From assembly GCF_055900595.2 (NCBI RefSeq), contig NZ_CM148325.1: 64,000 nucleotides of DNA. The stretch is one strand, 5' to 3'. Each line of letters opens with the position of its first letter. Position 1 is the stretch's first letter. This document shows positions 1 through 10,535 of the stretch, in pieces. Position numbers and translations under genes: made by a program. Under the pieces are notes generated by a model that was not told where the DNA came from, did no database searches, and worked only from the letters and a program-made list of their open reading frames with translations.

Positions 1-790
1 CGTTGGTCAGGGTACGCAGCGACTGCTGGGCGAGCCACTGGTCGCCAAACTCGCCGAGAGACACCATCCTGCCTTCGGCAAAATCAGCGATGAAGTCGGT
101 AGCGATTTTTTGCTGCCACTGCCACGGATGTACCGGCAGCGGCAGCCAGTTGTGATCCAGTCCGTTTTCCTGCCAGACCTGACTGAAGCGTGTAAACTCC
201 TGCGGATCCATTGCGGCAGTCAACAACTGCTGAATATCCAGATCGTTATCGCAGCGCCAGATCATATGTTCACGTTTTACCGCCAGCCAGTGCAGTCTGA
301 AGGTGTTGGTATACTCTGGCGCATATCGTTCCAGCGCCTCTTTGCCCCAGCCACGGCGACCTTTATTAAAAACGAATTTAGGATGACCGCTCAGCAAGCA
401 TTGCAGACGATCGGCATCAAGATTAATCAGGTCACTGGCACTCAGTCCGCGACGGGCCTTCAGCAGTTGCAGGTCGCCCAGTAGCGTGGCATACAAATCC
501 TGCATATGCTCTGCAACAGTGGCATCACTCATTGACAGCACCGGCTTTAGCTGCATCAGCAGCGTCTGCGCCAGTACTGGTTCGTCCGTGCAGCGCAACG
601 TTTGGGCATCAATCCACAGCCAGCCCCAGATACCACGTTCAGCGATGAAGCGCCATTGTGCTCCCGGCAGGTTAATGCAGTAGTGGTCATCGCCCTGAGA
701 TTCCGCGTGGAAAACCTGCTCATACTCCATCTCAGACAACATTTTTGCCACCAGCCGACGGTTAACAAAATCCCAGTCCTTGTGATTCAT
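1..790 (-). CDS. iucC: Aerobactin synthase IucC, N-terminal part (gene runs off the window start)
   Basis: Minus-strand frame open from ATG at 790..788 to the window edge; translation starts MNHKDWDFVNRRL, matching recalled IucC; start overlaps the iucB stop (TAATG); operon order iucA-B-C. Confidence 0.85.
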   Translation of the reverse strand, partial: MNHKDWDFVNRRLVAKMLSEMEYEQVFHAESQGDDHYCINLPGAQWRFIAERGIWGWLWIDAQTLRCTDEPVLAQTLLMQLKPVLSMSDATVAEHMQDLYATLLGDLQLLKARRGLSASDLINLDADRLQCLLSGHPKFVFNKGRRGWGKEALERYAPEYTNTFRLHWLAVKREHMIWRCDNDLDIQQLLTAAMDPQEFTRFSQVWQENGLDHNWLPLPVHPWQWQQKIATDFIADFAEGRMVSLGEFGDQWLAQQSLRTLTN

Positions 791-1737
791 TACAGACCGA
801 CCTCCGTGAAGAAGTGATGACGATCCGCCATCACCATGCGCGAGCGCTTATGTGGGAAGTCGAACTCTTTAATTGTCCGGTATCCCGCAGGCTCAAGATG
901 GCGGAACAGGCGCAGGTTATCGGTGCGTGGCTCCAGTACTGTGCGCTGCGTACGGGGCTCATCCAGCAGCAGGTAATGTGTCAGCCCGCGCAGCCAGCTT
1001 TGCACATAGTGGGCCCCGCGCCATTGCTGTTCACCAACCAGCAGATGCAGGCCACGGTCAAAGGGCTGCCACGAATAGTGACGACCAATGCGGTCTTCCG
1101 CCGCCCAGTAGATTTCGAAATAGCTGAATGGCCGATCGTCGAAGCACCCAATCAGCGGGAATGCATGTTTACCGGTGAGCTGGCGCTCCAGATAGGCGGT
1201 CTGTACCTCCAGTGAGCCACTTTGCTCCCAGAAATACTCAACGCGCGGATCATTCATCCAGCGGGTGAAACGTTCTGCATCAGAAACGGGATCGGCAATG
1301 CGGAAACTCAGCATCCTGCGAATACGTGGATCGTAACGGCGGTAAACCTCACCCTGTGGACGGGGTGGGCGCTGCGGGAAATAAATCTCACGCTCTGCAT
1401 CAAAAACCATTTCACCGGAGGCCCGGTTTGCCGGTGAACTCAACCATAACGGTAACTGCCAGAAGGCAGTACGATGGATAATGTCGCTTTTTACCTGCCC
1501 AAAAAGCGTCAGCGCCTGTGGCTCCTCACGCCATTCGGCCCAGGGGAGAGCCACTGCTGACAGTTGTGGAGCGGCGATAAATATCTGATCCAGCGCATCG
1601 CACAGCCACCCTGTCGGCAGCTCCCCGGGACAGTGCAACACCGCGCTATTGTCCAGTCCCCAGCCAAGATTCAGGGGCTTGTCGAGTTTTTCACAGCGCA
1701 GTCCATATCTGCTGTGAATAATGTTTGCCTCAGACAT
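790..1737 (-). CDS. iucB: N6-hydroxylysine acetyltransferase IucB (315 aa)
   Basis: Track ORF 790..1737; length and sequence match recalled IucB; lies between iucA and iucC. Confidence 0.9.
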   Translation of the reverse strand: MSEANIIHSRYGLRCEKLDKPLNLGWGLDNSAVLHCPGELPTGWLCDALDQIFIAAPQLSAVALPWAEWREEPQALTLFGQVKSDIIHRTAFWQLPLWLSSPANRASGEMVFDAEREIYFPQRPPRPQGEVYRRYDPRIRRMLSFRIADPVSDAERFTRWMNDPRVEYFWEQSGSLEVQTAYLERQLTGKHAFPLIGCFDDRPFSYFEIYWAAEDRIGRHYSWQPFDRGLHLLVGEQQWRGAHYVQSWLRGLTHYLLLDEPRTQRTVLEPRTDNLRLFRHLEPAGYRTIKEFDFPHKRSRMVMADRHHFFTEVGL

Positions 1738-3462
1738 TCAGACCTCCTGAGCCTGCAGCGGGTTAGCGAAATCGAAATAGATCACCGAAGGGTCAACAAT
1801 GGTGTTCTCGTTATGATCGTTCAGATAACAGAAAAAGTTACCTTTTACGTTCCAGTACGGACTTTCCAGCACGTAGTTGAGACAGGTTTTATGAGTCACC
1901 TGATCACGCACTTCAGCCAGCGATGCTCGTACACGAGCCATCAGATTCGATTCGCTGTCCAGCCCGGCAGCCCCCAGCGCAGCGGTCACAGCAAAAGTGG
2001 AGTTAACCAGCAGGTAATAAGGGAAATAGCGCAGCAACTGCTCATGGGTGAAAATATTTTCCGCCTGCGCCTCGCCAATAGAATCGAGCCAGTCTGTCGC
2101 GTGAGGCATAAAAGCGCTGCCCTGACAGTCACGGTAAATAAATCCGACCGGCAGATCCCCAAGCATCTGGACAAGAATATTTTGCTGATGCGCCAGCAGC
2201 ACCAGGCCGTAATCCGCTTCAGCCGTAAACAGCGGCTTTAGCACTTGCTGACAGTATGCATCGACCCATGCATGGGCGGCCTGTTGCACAGTGATACCGA
2301 GGCGATCGCTCAGGCGTTTTACCGCCGAAACCAGCAGCGAATCACCGCCATCAGGTGCGGCCTGAGTCAGGGAGACCAGTACGTTAGTCTGGCTTTTCGG
2401 CTGATCCACCAGCAGATTTTCACGCAGGGCAAACAGACTTTCCTGCATGATGTTGCCGTTAAGATCGCGCAGCCCGGCCCAGCCATCCTCCTGCATTACC
2501 CGGAAAGTCGGGAAGCGGACCTGTAGCATCTGCCAGCCGTCGGTTTGAGCCAGGCGTGCCAGGCGCATCCCACGCTTCACTTCTTTCACGGACAGAGTAC
2601 GGATGGAGTTGGTCAGCCGTACGCTCAGGGAGAACTTGATCATATCGCGGCTGGTGGCACAGTAGAGGGAACGGGAAGAGGTGGTCGGCAGCCACGACGT
2701 GCCGGCCTCACCTAAGTCTTTAATCAGCCCTTTAGCAACAAGTGCCTGGCACCACCCCTGCTGCAAAAGATATTCCCCCTGCCACGGGTGCAACGGGAAC
2801 AGCCATTGGTTGTCACTTAATTCGTTGAGTAACTGAGGCGCATTCTCTGCGGCAAATCGCGTCAGCCGCTGTTGAAGGTTGAGATGCAAACTTTCACCGG
2901 CGATTTGCGTTTTATCCACCGAAAACCACCGCAGTGGGAAGTGGGGTGCCATATCAGGCAGGTAGCGTTCAGCCTCCCGCCGGTTAAACGGTTCATGAGA
3001 CTTAGGCGCAGGGTGGAAAGCGTGTCCTGTCAGCAGCGCCTGCTCAGCCTCGCCAAAATTCAACGCTTTTTCACGCAGAGCGGCCCAGTCATGACGGGCA
3101 TCAATTGCCTGTTGCGTATGGACATGGCTTTCCAGCACGCGCTGGTGGAAAGTTTCGCAGAGGGGAACGGGCAGAAACAGTTGATGGCGTAGCTTATCAA
3201 TAATAAGCCGGGAGAGAGTGGTAAAGTCGACAGGATAACTGCCTGATGCCGTGACCAGACGTGCAGGAAATGCAAAGCGGTGATGCTGGGTTGGGGAGAA
3301 ATAAGCCACTCTGAAATGGAGCGATTTCTGCTCATCCAGCGGGATGAGCAATTCGTCTGGCGGGTATTCTGTCAGTTTCCAGTCTGTGGTTTCACGAATC
3401 AGTGCATTCAGGAAGCACTGCGCAGCCACATCTGTGGCTGGTTTTTCAGAGGGCAGGGTCAT
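1738..3462 (-). CDS. iucA: Aerobactin synthase IucA
   Basis: Track ORF 1738..3525; I place the start at the internal Met (MTLPSEKPATDVAAQCF...) at 3462, which sits just downstream of the Fur box; NRPS-independent siderophore synthetase family by recall. Confidence 0.9.
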   Translation of the reverse strand: MTLPSEKPATDVAAQCFLNALIRETTDWKLTEYPPDELLIPLDEQKSLHFRVAYFSPTQHHRFAFPARLVTASGSYPVDFTTLSRLIIDKLRHQLFLPVPLCETFHQRVLESHVHTQQAIDARHDWAALREKALNFGEAEQALLTGHAFHPAPKSHEPFNRREAERYLPDMAPHFPLRWFSVDKTQIAGESLHLNLQQRLTRFAAENAPQLLNELSDNQWLFPLHPWQGEYLLQQGWCQALVAKGLIKDLGEAGTSWLPTTSSRSLYCATSRDMIKFSLSVRLTNSIRTLSVKEVKRGMRLARLAQTDGWQMLQVRFPTFRVMQEDGWAGLRDLNGNIMQESLFALRENLLVDQPKSQTNVLVSLTQAAPDGGDSLLVSAVKRLSDRLGITVQQAAHAWVDAYCQQVLKPLFTAEADYGLVLLAHQQNILVQMLGDLPVGFIYRDCQGSAFMPHATDWLDSIGEAQAENIFTHEQLLRYFPYYLLVNSTFAVTAALGAAGLDSESNLMARVRASLAEVRDQVTHKTCLNYVLESPYWNVKGNFFCYLNDHNENTIVDPSVIYFDFANPLQAQEV

Positions 3463-3504
3463 AGTCAAACAGCTCCCACACAGCAAAATAATAACAATTA
3501 TGTC

Positions 3505-3523
3505 AATAATGATTCTCATTATC
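3505..3523. promoter_or_regulatory. Fur box in the aerobactin (iuc) promoter
   Basis: Sequence aataatgattctcattatc is the reverse complement of the classical GATAATGAGAATCATTATT iron box, 45 bp upstream of the iucA start; divergent from the MFS gene. Confidence 0.85.
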
Positions 3524-3597
3524 AATAATAAATGTTATTGTCAGATAAATTAATTTTACAAATAAACACAATTAATACATGGAGTTGAAACATTATA

Positions 3598-4791
3598 ATG
3601 TCACCAGGGATCGAAGATACGCCCCAAAAACCACTGTCCTGCTGGCCACTTGCGTTCAGTGCCGGGCTTCTCGGTATCGGACAGAACGGTCTGCTGGTTG
3701 TGCTCCCTGTTCTGGTCATACAGACAAATCTGAGTCTGTCTGTATGGGCTGCCCTGCTGATGCTTGGCTCAATGCTGTTTCTGCCATCGTCCCCGTGCTG
3801 GGGAAAGCAAATTTCCCGTACTGGCAGTAAACCTGTGGTGTTGTGGGCTCTGGGAGGATATGGCATAAGCTTTACCCTGCTAGGGCTGGGAAGCGTGCTG
3901 ATGGCTACCAGCGCCATAACAACAGCGGTGGGACTGGGAATATTAATCATCGCCCGGATCGCCTACGGGCTGACCGTGTCGGCAATGGTGCCAGCCTGTC
4001 AGGTCTGGGCATTGCAGAGAGCTGGAGAAGGGAATCGCATGGCCGCTCTGGCAACCATCAGCTCCGGCCTGAGTTGCGGCAGGCTATTCGGGCCGCTGTG
4101 CGCGGCAGCAATGCTGGCCATTCATCCTCTGGCGCCACTGGGGCTGCTGATGGCAGCCCCAGTGCTGGCGCTGCTGATGCTGCTGCGGTTGCCCGGCACA
4201 CCACCACAGCCCACACCGGAGTGCAAGAGCGTCAGTCTGAAGCGGGATTGTCTGCCTTATCTGCTTTGCGCAATATTACTGGCTGCGGCGGTGAGCATGA
4301 TGCAGCTTGGACTTTCGCCTGCCCTTACTCGCCAGTTCGCCACGGATACCACCGCCATTAGCCAACAGGTGGCCTGGCTGTTGGGTCTGTCCGCAGTAGC
4401 TGCGCTTATCGCGCAGTTCGGGGTACTCCGTCCGCAGCGCCTGACTCCGGTGGCCCTGCTCCTGAGTGCCGGAGTGTTGATGAGTGGTGGTCTGGCTATC
4501 ATGCTCTCCGAACAGCTATGGTTGTTTTACCCGGGCTGTGCAGTGCTGTCATTTGGAGCAGCTCTGGCAACACCCGCTTATCAACTTCTACTGAATGATA
4601 AGCTGGCTGATGGCGCAGGCGCGGGCTGGCTCGCTACCAGTCACACACTTGGCTATGGACTGTGCGCTTTGCTGGTGCCGCTGGTATCGAAAACAGGTGT
4701 CGCAATCGCGCTGATTATGGCAGCATTATTTGCAACTATATTATTTACCATTGTGTCTGTATTTATCTGGCATTACCGTACTATCAAATAA
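3598..4791 (+). CDS. shiF: MFS transporter, ShiF-like (397 aa), divergent from iucA
   Basis: Track ORF; multi-pass hydrophobic protein typical of MFS; position upstream of and divergent from iucA as in SHI-2-type aerobactin islands (recall). Confidence 0.7.
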   Translation: MSPGIEDTPQKPLSCWPLAFSAGLLGIGQNGLLVVLPVLVIQTNLSLSVWAALLMLGSMLFLPSSPCWGKQISRTGSKPVVLWALGGYGISFTLLGLGSVLMATSAITTAVGLGILIIARIAYGLTVSAMVPACQVWALQRAGEGNRMAALATISSGLSCGRLFGPLCAAAMLAIHPLAPLGLLMAAPVLALLMLLRLPGTPPQPTPECKSVSLKRDCLPYLLCAILLAAAVSMMQLGLSPALTRQFATDTTAISQQVAWLLGLSAVAALIAQFGVLRPQRLTPVALLLSAGVLMSGGLAIMLSEQLWLFYPGCAVLSFGAALATPAYQLLLNDKLADGAGAGWLATSHTLGYGLCALLVPLVSKTGVAIALIMAALFATILFTIVSVFIWHYRTIK

Positions 4792-4903
4792 AGATATGAT
4801 CATCACCTTACTGGAGTAAATCAGAGGATATGAGAGAGGACCTGCGTCTGATGAAAACATGTCAGGCAGTGTTCTGGCTTGCTGCCCCCGCCTGGATTTG
4901 CCC

Positions 4904-5809
4904 CTATATTTCCAGACATCTGTTATCACTTAACCCATTACAGGCCCGCTGCCGCAGATATTCCCGTGGCGAGCGATAACCCAACGCACTATGCGGATGC
5001 CATTCGTTATAATGCTCGAACGCCTCTGCAAGGTTCTTTGCTGCCGTTAACCCGTCTGGTTTGGGTATGATACTTATGTAGTCACGCTTTATCGTTTTCA
5101 CGAAGCTCTCTGCTATGCCGTTACTCTCCGGACTCCGCACCGCCGTGTTTTTCGGTTCAAGCCCCAACATCCGGGCAAACTGCCGTGTTTCATTAGCCCG
5201 GTAGCATGAACCATTATCCGTCAGCCACTCTACTGGAGACGCCGGAAGCTCGTTGCCGAAGCGGCGTTCCACCGCTCCCAGCATGACGTCCTGTACTGTT
5301 TCACTGTTGAAGCCGCCCGTAGTGACCGCCCAGTGCAGTGCCTCACGGTCACAGCAGTCCAGCGCGAACGTGACCCGCAGTTTTTCTCCGTTATCACAGC
5401 GGAACTCGAACCCGTCAGAGCACCATCGCTGATTACTTTCTTTCACAGCCACTCTGCCGGTATGTGCCCGTTTCGATGGCGGTACAGCGGTTTTTCGCTC
5501 AAGCAACAGCGCATTCTGGCGCATGATCCGGTAAATACGTTTGGCATTGATCGCAGGCATACCATCAAGTTCTGTTTGTCTGCGAAGCAGCGCCCATACC
5601 CGACGATAACCATATGTGGGTAGCTCTCCGATAACATGGTGTATACGGCGAAGCACATCCGTATCATCCGTGTGACGGCTGCGGCGGCCGTCCTTCCAGT
5701 CATCGGCTCGTCTGAGAATGACGTGCAACTGCGCACGCGACACCCGGAGACAACGGCTGACGAAGCTTACTCCCCATCCCCGGGCAATAAGGGCGCGTGC
5801 GCTATCCAC
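4904..5809 (-). CDS. insD: IS2 InsD (OrfB) transposase
   Basis: Track ORF 301 aa [19 protein letters not shown]..., recalled IS2 OrfB. Confidence 0.9.
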
Positions 5810-6132
5810 TTTTTTGCTCGCCCATATTCAACGGCTTCTTTAAGGAGTTCATTTTCCATCGTTTTTTTGCCGAGCAGACGCTGGAGTTCTTTAATCTGCT
5901 TCATGGCGGCAGCAAGTTCAGAGGCAGGAACGACCTGTTCTCCGGCAGCCACAGCAGTAAGACTTCCCTCCTGGTATTGCTTACGCCAGAGAAATAACTG
6001 GCTGGCTGCCACACCATGTTGCCGGGCAACAAGGGAGACCGTCATTCCCGGTTCAAAGCTCTGCTGAACGATAGCGATCTTTTCCTGTGTAGTACGCCGT
6101 CTGCGTTTCTCCGGCCCTAAGACATCAATCAT
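5767..6132 (-). CDS. insC: IS2 InsC (OrfA)
   Basis: Track ORF 5767..6177 trimmed to Met of [18 protein letters not shown]. Confidence 0.9.
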
Positions 6133-6840
6133 CTGTTCTCCAATGACTAGTCTAAAAACTAGTATTAAGACTATCACTTATTTAAGTGATATTGGTTGTC
6201 TGGAGATTCAGGGGGCCAGTCTAACGGTTTACGTTACGCCCTTAGCTACCTGGCTAAACAGGATCAGAAAGAACACGGTATTATTCTGATGCGTAGCAGA
6301 CTTCCCGAAAAAAGTAACCGCGGCCGACCACGACACAACTGAATTACAGCTGTATTAGAATTAAGTTTCCGTAAGTTGTTGGGAGGTGCTTGAGTTAATA
6401 GGCAGCAGAGGGGGCGCTGTAATCAGTGTAGGGGACCCGAATTTCTGCTGTGGTGCTTCAGTGGTTCGGATACAGGTAACGAATATGGTTCATAAATCTG
6501 ACAGTGATGAATTAGCAGCACTGAGGGAAGACATCACTTGAAGCTTATGGGATTGAATGGCGACGTAAACCGCAGAGTCCTGTGCAGTGCGTTTCCGTAT
6601 TATCCACGGATGAGAAAGTTGCGTTATTTCGTCGGTTGTTTCGTGGGCGTAGTGATGTATGGGGCCTTCGATGGGAAAGTAAAACTAGCGGAAAATAAAA
6701 GTACTCGCCTGCCTACGGACCTTTTTACTCAGGGTATTTTTGTTTTCCATAACGTTGCGTATTAACATGAAGGAGAACGAGGGGGATTAGGTAATCTCTT
6801 TCCATGAAAATACGCAAACGTTCATCACCGAAGTGAAAAA

Positions 6841-7269
6841 TCAGTTTTTGATATTTAAATAATTTTTCAAATCATATTTCAGCAGGACACTACCAGCACC
6901 TAACAGCAGCACATCTTTGATGACAAAACTGTCAACTTTTCCCAGTTGTGGTAACAGACTTAGTGTGACTAAACCTGTAACAATAACGATAATATCTCCC
7001 AGTATGCCAGCAGCAGGCCTGAAGAAGCCGATACTCAGTGCTAGAAAAGTGATAGTTTCTACTATGCCGAGGAAATAGCTCCCCCCATGAACACCAAACA
7101 TAATGTACAGGATATTCAGCCACGTGGGAGAAATCAGGGGCTTGAGGGCCATCACTTCAAAATCAAACCATTTATAGGTCCCGAAGAGCATAAATATTAT
7201 AATAACAGACAGGCGAAGAATAACTATGTCATAATCTGATTTAATGTAAACATTAATAAATTTTTTCAT
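6841..7269 (-). CDS. DUF417-family small membrane protein (YkgB/RclC-like)
   Basis: Track ORF trimmed to MKKFINVYIK with GGAG RBS; several hydrophobic helices; 39 bp downstream of the TetR gene. Confidence 0.65.
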   Translation of the reverse strand: MKKFINVYIKSDYDIVILRLSVIIIFMLFGTYKWFDFEVMALKPLISPTWLNILYIMFGVHGGSYFLGIVETITFLALSIGFFRPAAGILGDIIVIVTGLVTLSLLPQLGKVDSFVIKDVLLLGAGSVLLKYDLKNYLNIKN

Positions 7270-7308
7270 TTCATTCTCCGGGTGGAAAATTATATGCACT
7301 AAAAAGGA

Positions 7309-7869
7309 TTAAGTACGGGTATCAAGCATTTTAATTAAAGCGTTAACGGTTCCTGAATAGATATCATGTGGTGGAAGTCGATTTAACATCAGTGCCCCCT
7401 TTAGTGTAGAACAGACTATAACGGCGAGCTCATCCGGAAGAAGAACTGTTTTGAACTCTCCACTATTCTGCCCGGAGGTGATAATATCTTTAATCATCTG
7501 TATCTCCTGATGTGCCAGTTGACTTACAGCCTCCTGTAATTCAGGAGAAAACTGATGGCTGTCGGATAGCATGGCATAAATACCGCACATTTCCCCTCTT
7601 TCAGCACAACCAGCAAATGCATCAAGATATGTCCTGAGACGTTGTACACCTGAAGAAACATTATGGAGAGTTATATTAAGTCTATCAAATACTTCTGTTT
7701 TGTATTGGCAGTAGGCTATACCAAGATCAGTTTTCCTCGGGAAATGGTGATGAATACTGGCTTTTCTGATACCAATTTCTTTTTCCAGATCTGCGTAACT
7801 GAACCCCAAAAATCCGCGTTGCTGGATCAGAGTATCCGTTATGCGAAGTATATTCTCATAAGTAGACAC
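7309..7869 (-). CDS. TetR-family transcriptional regulator (186 aa)
   Basis: N-terminal HTH signature (...RGFLGFSYADLEKEIGIRKASIHHHF...) typical of TetR; likely operon with the DUF417 gene. Confidence 0.8.
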   Translation of the reverse strand: MSTYENILRITDTLIQQRGFLGFSYADLEKEIGIRKASIHHHFPRKTDLGIAYCQYKTEVFDRLNITLHNVSSGVQRLRTYLDAFAGCAERGEMCGIYAMLSDSHQFSPELQEAVSQLAHQEIQMIKDIITSGQNSGEFKTVLLPDELAVIVCSTLKGALMLNRLPPHDIYSGTVNALIKMLDTRT

Positions 7870-7910
7870 GGCTTTACCTGTTATGTATTAAAGGGACTAT
7901 TATACATATT

Positions 7911-8171
7911 TTAGCGATAGATAATGGCAGTTCCATCAAGTTTATTTTTTCCTCCCAATGAAGTGATTCGGAAATGAGAACCTCCTGCCTGCTCCGCTTT
8001 GTCTTTAAGCGCAGTTGCCACCTCTTCTGGTGTATATAGATTACCAACAGAAATATAGTCTGACGGCATCAAACCAACAACGTCCTGACGATTAATTTCA
8101 TCTGCAGCAGTTGCGTAGCCTGTCAGAATGAGACCAAGGGCGACAATGGTAGTGCAGATAACATAATTCAT
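7911..8171 (-). CDS. DUF1471 (YdgH/BhsA/McbA-like) small secreted stress protein
   Basis: Signal peptide MNYVICTTIVALGLILTGYATAA followed by a roughly 60-aa domain ending ...GTAIIYR, as in the BhsA family (recall). Confidence 0.65.
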   Translation of the reverse strand: MNYVICTTIVALGLILTGYATAADEINRQDVVGLMPSDYISVGNLYTPEEVATALKDKAEQAGGSHFRITSLGGKNKLDGTAIIYR

Positions 8172-8722
8172 GAGCAATTTCTCTTTATGTTTGCGATACT
8201 ACACATGCTACCTTCTGATTGGTAGGCTTGCAAGATGGATTTATTTAAAATAAGAGGGATGATTTGTATCAAATTGTTTTGTATTTTTGTGTTTTGTATC
8301 ACTGAGGTGAAGTTGTAAGATCTGGCCCTCTGCGAGGTTGGCTCTGTCGAAAGGAACAGGTGACGAGAGTTAACATCGTTGCCTTGGCTGCATGGGGGAT
8401 ATGTAGCTACCCCCTGATATTTCCGCCACGGAAGCCAATATGAACAACAATAACAATACGCCTCGTTTCCAGTATGCTTCATGTCGGATATTTTGTAAGC
8501 GCTATGTACTTCCCGGGACGCTTATCTTTTAGCCGTAGCTGGTAGTGCAATAAAAGCCTGGCAGCAATCCAGGCCTCTACGTTCTAAGAATCAACTGTCA
8601 GTGCAGAGGAATGCGCACGACGCTCTCGTTGTTATTGGCTTTTGCCGTCGCACCGTCGTTTTTCACGGTGACAAACAGCGCGTGCGCTTTGCTATCCGTC
8701 TTATATCACTGGTGCTGACAAT

Positions 8723-9469
8723 GTGGATGAGGTCGCCTTTAAAAAAGGACATCGTTATATAACGGTGATCTCCGATCGCGATGGTCGTGCGCTGGCCTTA
8801 ACGGACGATCGTGGCACAGAGAGCCTCGCCGGCTATCTTCGCACGCTTACTGACGGGCAGTTGCTGGCTATCAAAACGCTCTCAATGGACATGAATGCAG
8901 GCTATATAAGAGCAGCGCGTATCCACTTACCCTGTGCGGTTGAGAAAATCGCCTTCGACCGCTTCCATGTAGCAAAGCAACTTGGCGAAGTGGTTGATAA
9001 AACCCGTCAGAATGAACATCCGCACCTCCCTGTTGAAAGTTGGCGTCAGGCAAAGGGGACCCGCTTCCTGTGGCAGTACAGCGATAAATGGATGACCAAA
9101 TCCAGGCAGGAAAAGCTGATATGGCTGCGTGCACAGATGAAGCTGACAAGCCAGTGCTGGGCGCTGAAAGAGCTGGCAAAGGATATCTGGAACAGGCCAT
9201 GGAGTGAGGAAAGACGTAATGACTGGGAGAGATGGCTGGCTCTGGCGGCCAACAGTGACGTTCCTATGATGAAAAACGCCGCGAAAACGATAGGAAAAAG
9301 GCTTTACGGGATCCTGAATGCCATGCGACACCGTGTCTCAAACGGAAACGCGGAGGCGCTTAACAGTAAGATCAGGCTACTGAGGATAAAAGCCAGGGGA
9401 TACCGAAATCGGGAGCGCTTTAAGCTGGGCGTGATGTTCCACTACGGGAAACTGAATATGGCGTTCTGA
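8723..9469 (+). pseudogene. ISL3-family transposase, 3' fragment (N-terminus missing)
   Basis: C-terminal motif ...HRVSNGNAEALNSKIRLLRIKARGYRNRERFKLGVMFHYG typical of ISL3 transposases; no N-terminal region upstream; a second, more degenerate copy of the same region abuts IS629 (about 10100-10153 and 11464-11540). Confidence 0.6.
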
Positions 9470-9652
9470 GCCTTCCCACCATGATCAGGGAAAACCCATG
9501 TATCATCAGGTTATTATGTGAGCTGGTAAATCAGATTTTGCATGGACTGAAATCATGCTGTTATTTAGGGATAAAGAACCGGCTTTTTGTCCCGCCCCCT
9601 CGCCATTAATGAAAAAAAGAATGGAATGCTCCCTCTGAGGAGAAGGGCAGTA

Positions 9653-9750
9653 GAAAAAAGAACCCGCCAGCAAAAATATTGGGGATGAACAGCTTTCGCT
9701 ACTCAGATTGCTGGCGGGTATAGTTCCTCATGAAATAAAAATACTACATA
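9653..9750 (-). ncRNA. Candidate Fur-regulated small RNA (about 95 nt), not RyhB
   Basis: Minus strand: TTGACA, 17-bp spacer containing the Fur box, weak -10 (TAAAAG), then about 95 nt ending in a 10-bp GC-rich inverted repeat (CCCGCCAGCA...TGCTGGCGGG) followed by TTCTTTTTT; no ORF with RBS. Confidence 0.3.
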
Positions 9751-9763
9751 ATCCTTTTAATGC

Positions 9764-9782
9764 AAATGATAATCATTGTCAA
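9764..9782. promoter_or_regulatory. Fur-box-like operator overlapping a TTGACA -35 element
   Basis: aaatgataatcattgtcaa matches the Fur consensus GATAATGATAATCATTATC at 15 of 16 aligned positions; on the minus strand it overlaps TTGACA. Confidence 0.5.
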
Positions 9783-10208
9783 TTGTTTGTGCGTGTTTTC
9801 TTCATACATGATTGGTAGTAAAGGTGATTCAGGCTATCAGTTTTTGCTGATGATCTTTTTATCTATAGAAAACATCAGCCAAGCTGGTTGGTTCAGTAAC
9901 GCTTTCATCTTTGAGCATTTTATAAAAAATTCTTGAATTGTTAAAATAGATTAAAGTCTGGTAACAGCAAAAGTTAAACGAGAAATCAAAAGGAGGTCCC
10001 AAATCTGAAAATGAAGCATCTGCGTGATGATGTTGCAGCGGGACGTCGTCGGCTGTATATCAGAGCAATCTGTCCATCCCTGCGTGAAGCCCCGTTACTT
10101 TATTCGTACCCCTTATAATGGGGTGTTAGCCAGCCAGACCCGGCATGATTACTGTGAACCGCCCCGGGAATCCTGGAGACTAAATTCCCTGAGAAAGAGG
10201 TAAACAGG

Positions 10209-10535
10209 ATGACTAAAAATACACGTTTTTCCCCCGAAGTCCGTCAACGGGCAGTTCGTATGGTTCTGGAAAGTCAGGACGAATATGACTCACAATGGGC
10301 GGCAATTTGTTCCATAGCTCCAAAGATTGGCTGTACGCCAGAGACTCTGCGTGTCTGGGTTCGCCAGCATGAGCGGGATACCGGGGGCGGTGATGGTGGG
10401 CTCACCACCGCTGAACGTCAGCGTCTGAAAGAGCTGGAACGTGAAAATCGTGAACTGCGCCGCAGTAACGATATCCTTCGCCAGGCTTCCGCTTATTTTG
10501 CGAAGGCGGAGTTCGACCGCCTCTGGAAAAAATAA
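10209..10535 (+). CDS. IS629 OrfA (108 aa)
   Basis: [23 protein letters not shown]... matches recalled IS629/IS1203 OrfA. Confidence 0.9.
   Translation: MTKNTRFSPEVRQRAVRMVLESQDEYDSQWAAICSIAPKIGCTPETLRVWVRQHERDTGGGDGGLTTAERQRLKELERENRELRRSNDILRQASAYFAKAEFDRLWKK

Larger units (their letters stand above)
4893..6223 (-). mobile_element. IS2, complete copy 1 (1331 bp)
   Basis: Ends tggatttgcccc...gggggccagtcta match recalled IS2 termini; encodes InsC and InsD; flanking 5 bp (ccgcc / acggt) are not a target-site duplication. Confidence 0.95.

Noticed and set aside
110-2241. Plus-strand ORFs (110..484, 486..683, 814..1215, 1564..2241 and others) overlapping iucC/iucB/iucA
   Set aside because: They are antisense to well-supported aerobactin genes, lack RBSs, and are typical spurious frames in GC-rich coding DNA.
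6538-6765. 75-aa ORF between IS2 and the DUF417 gene
   Set aside because: No RBS, odd composition, no family signature; region is more likely non-coding or relic.
9653-9750. Identity of the Fur-associated transcript with RyhB
   Set aside because: The sequence does not match the RyhB sequence as I recall it; kept only as a candidate novel sRNA.
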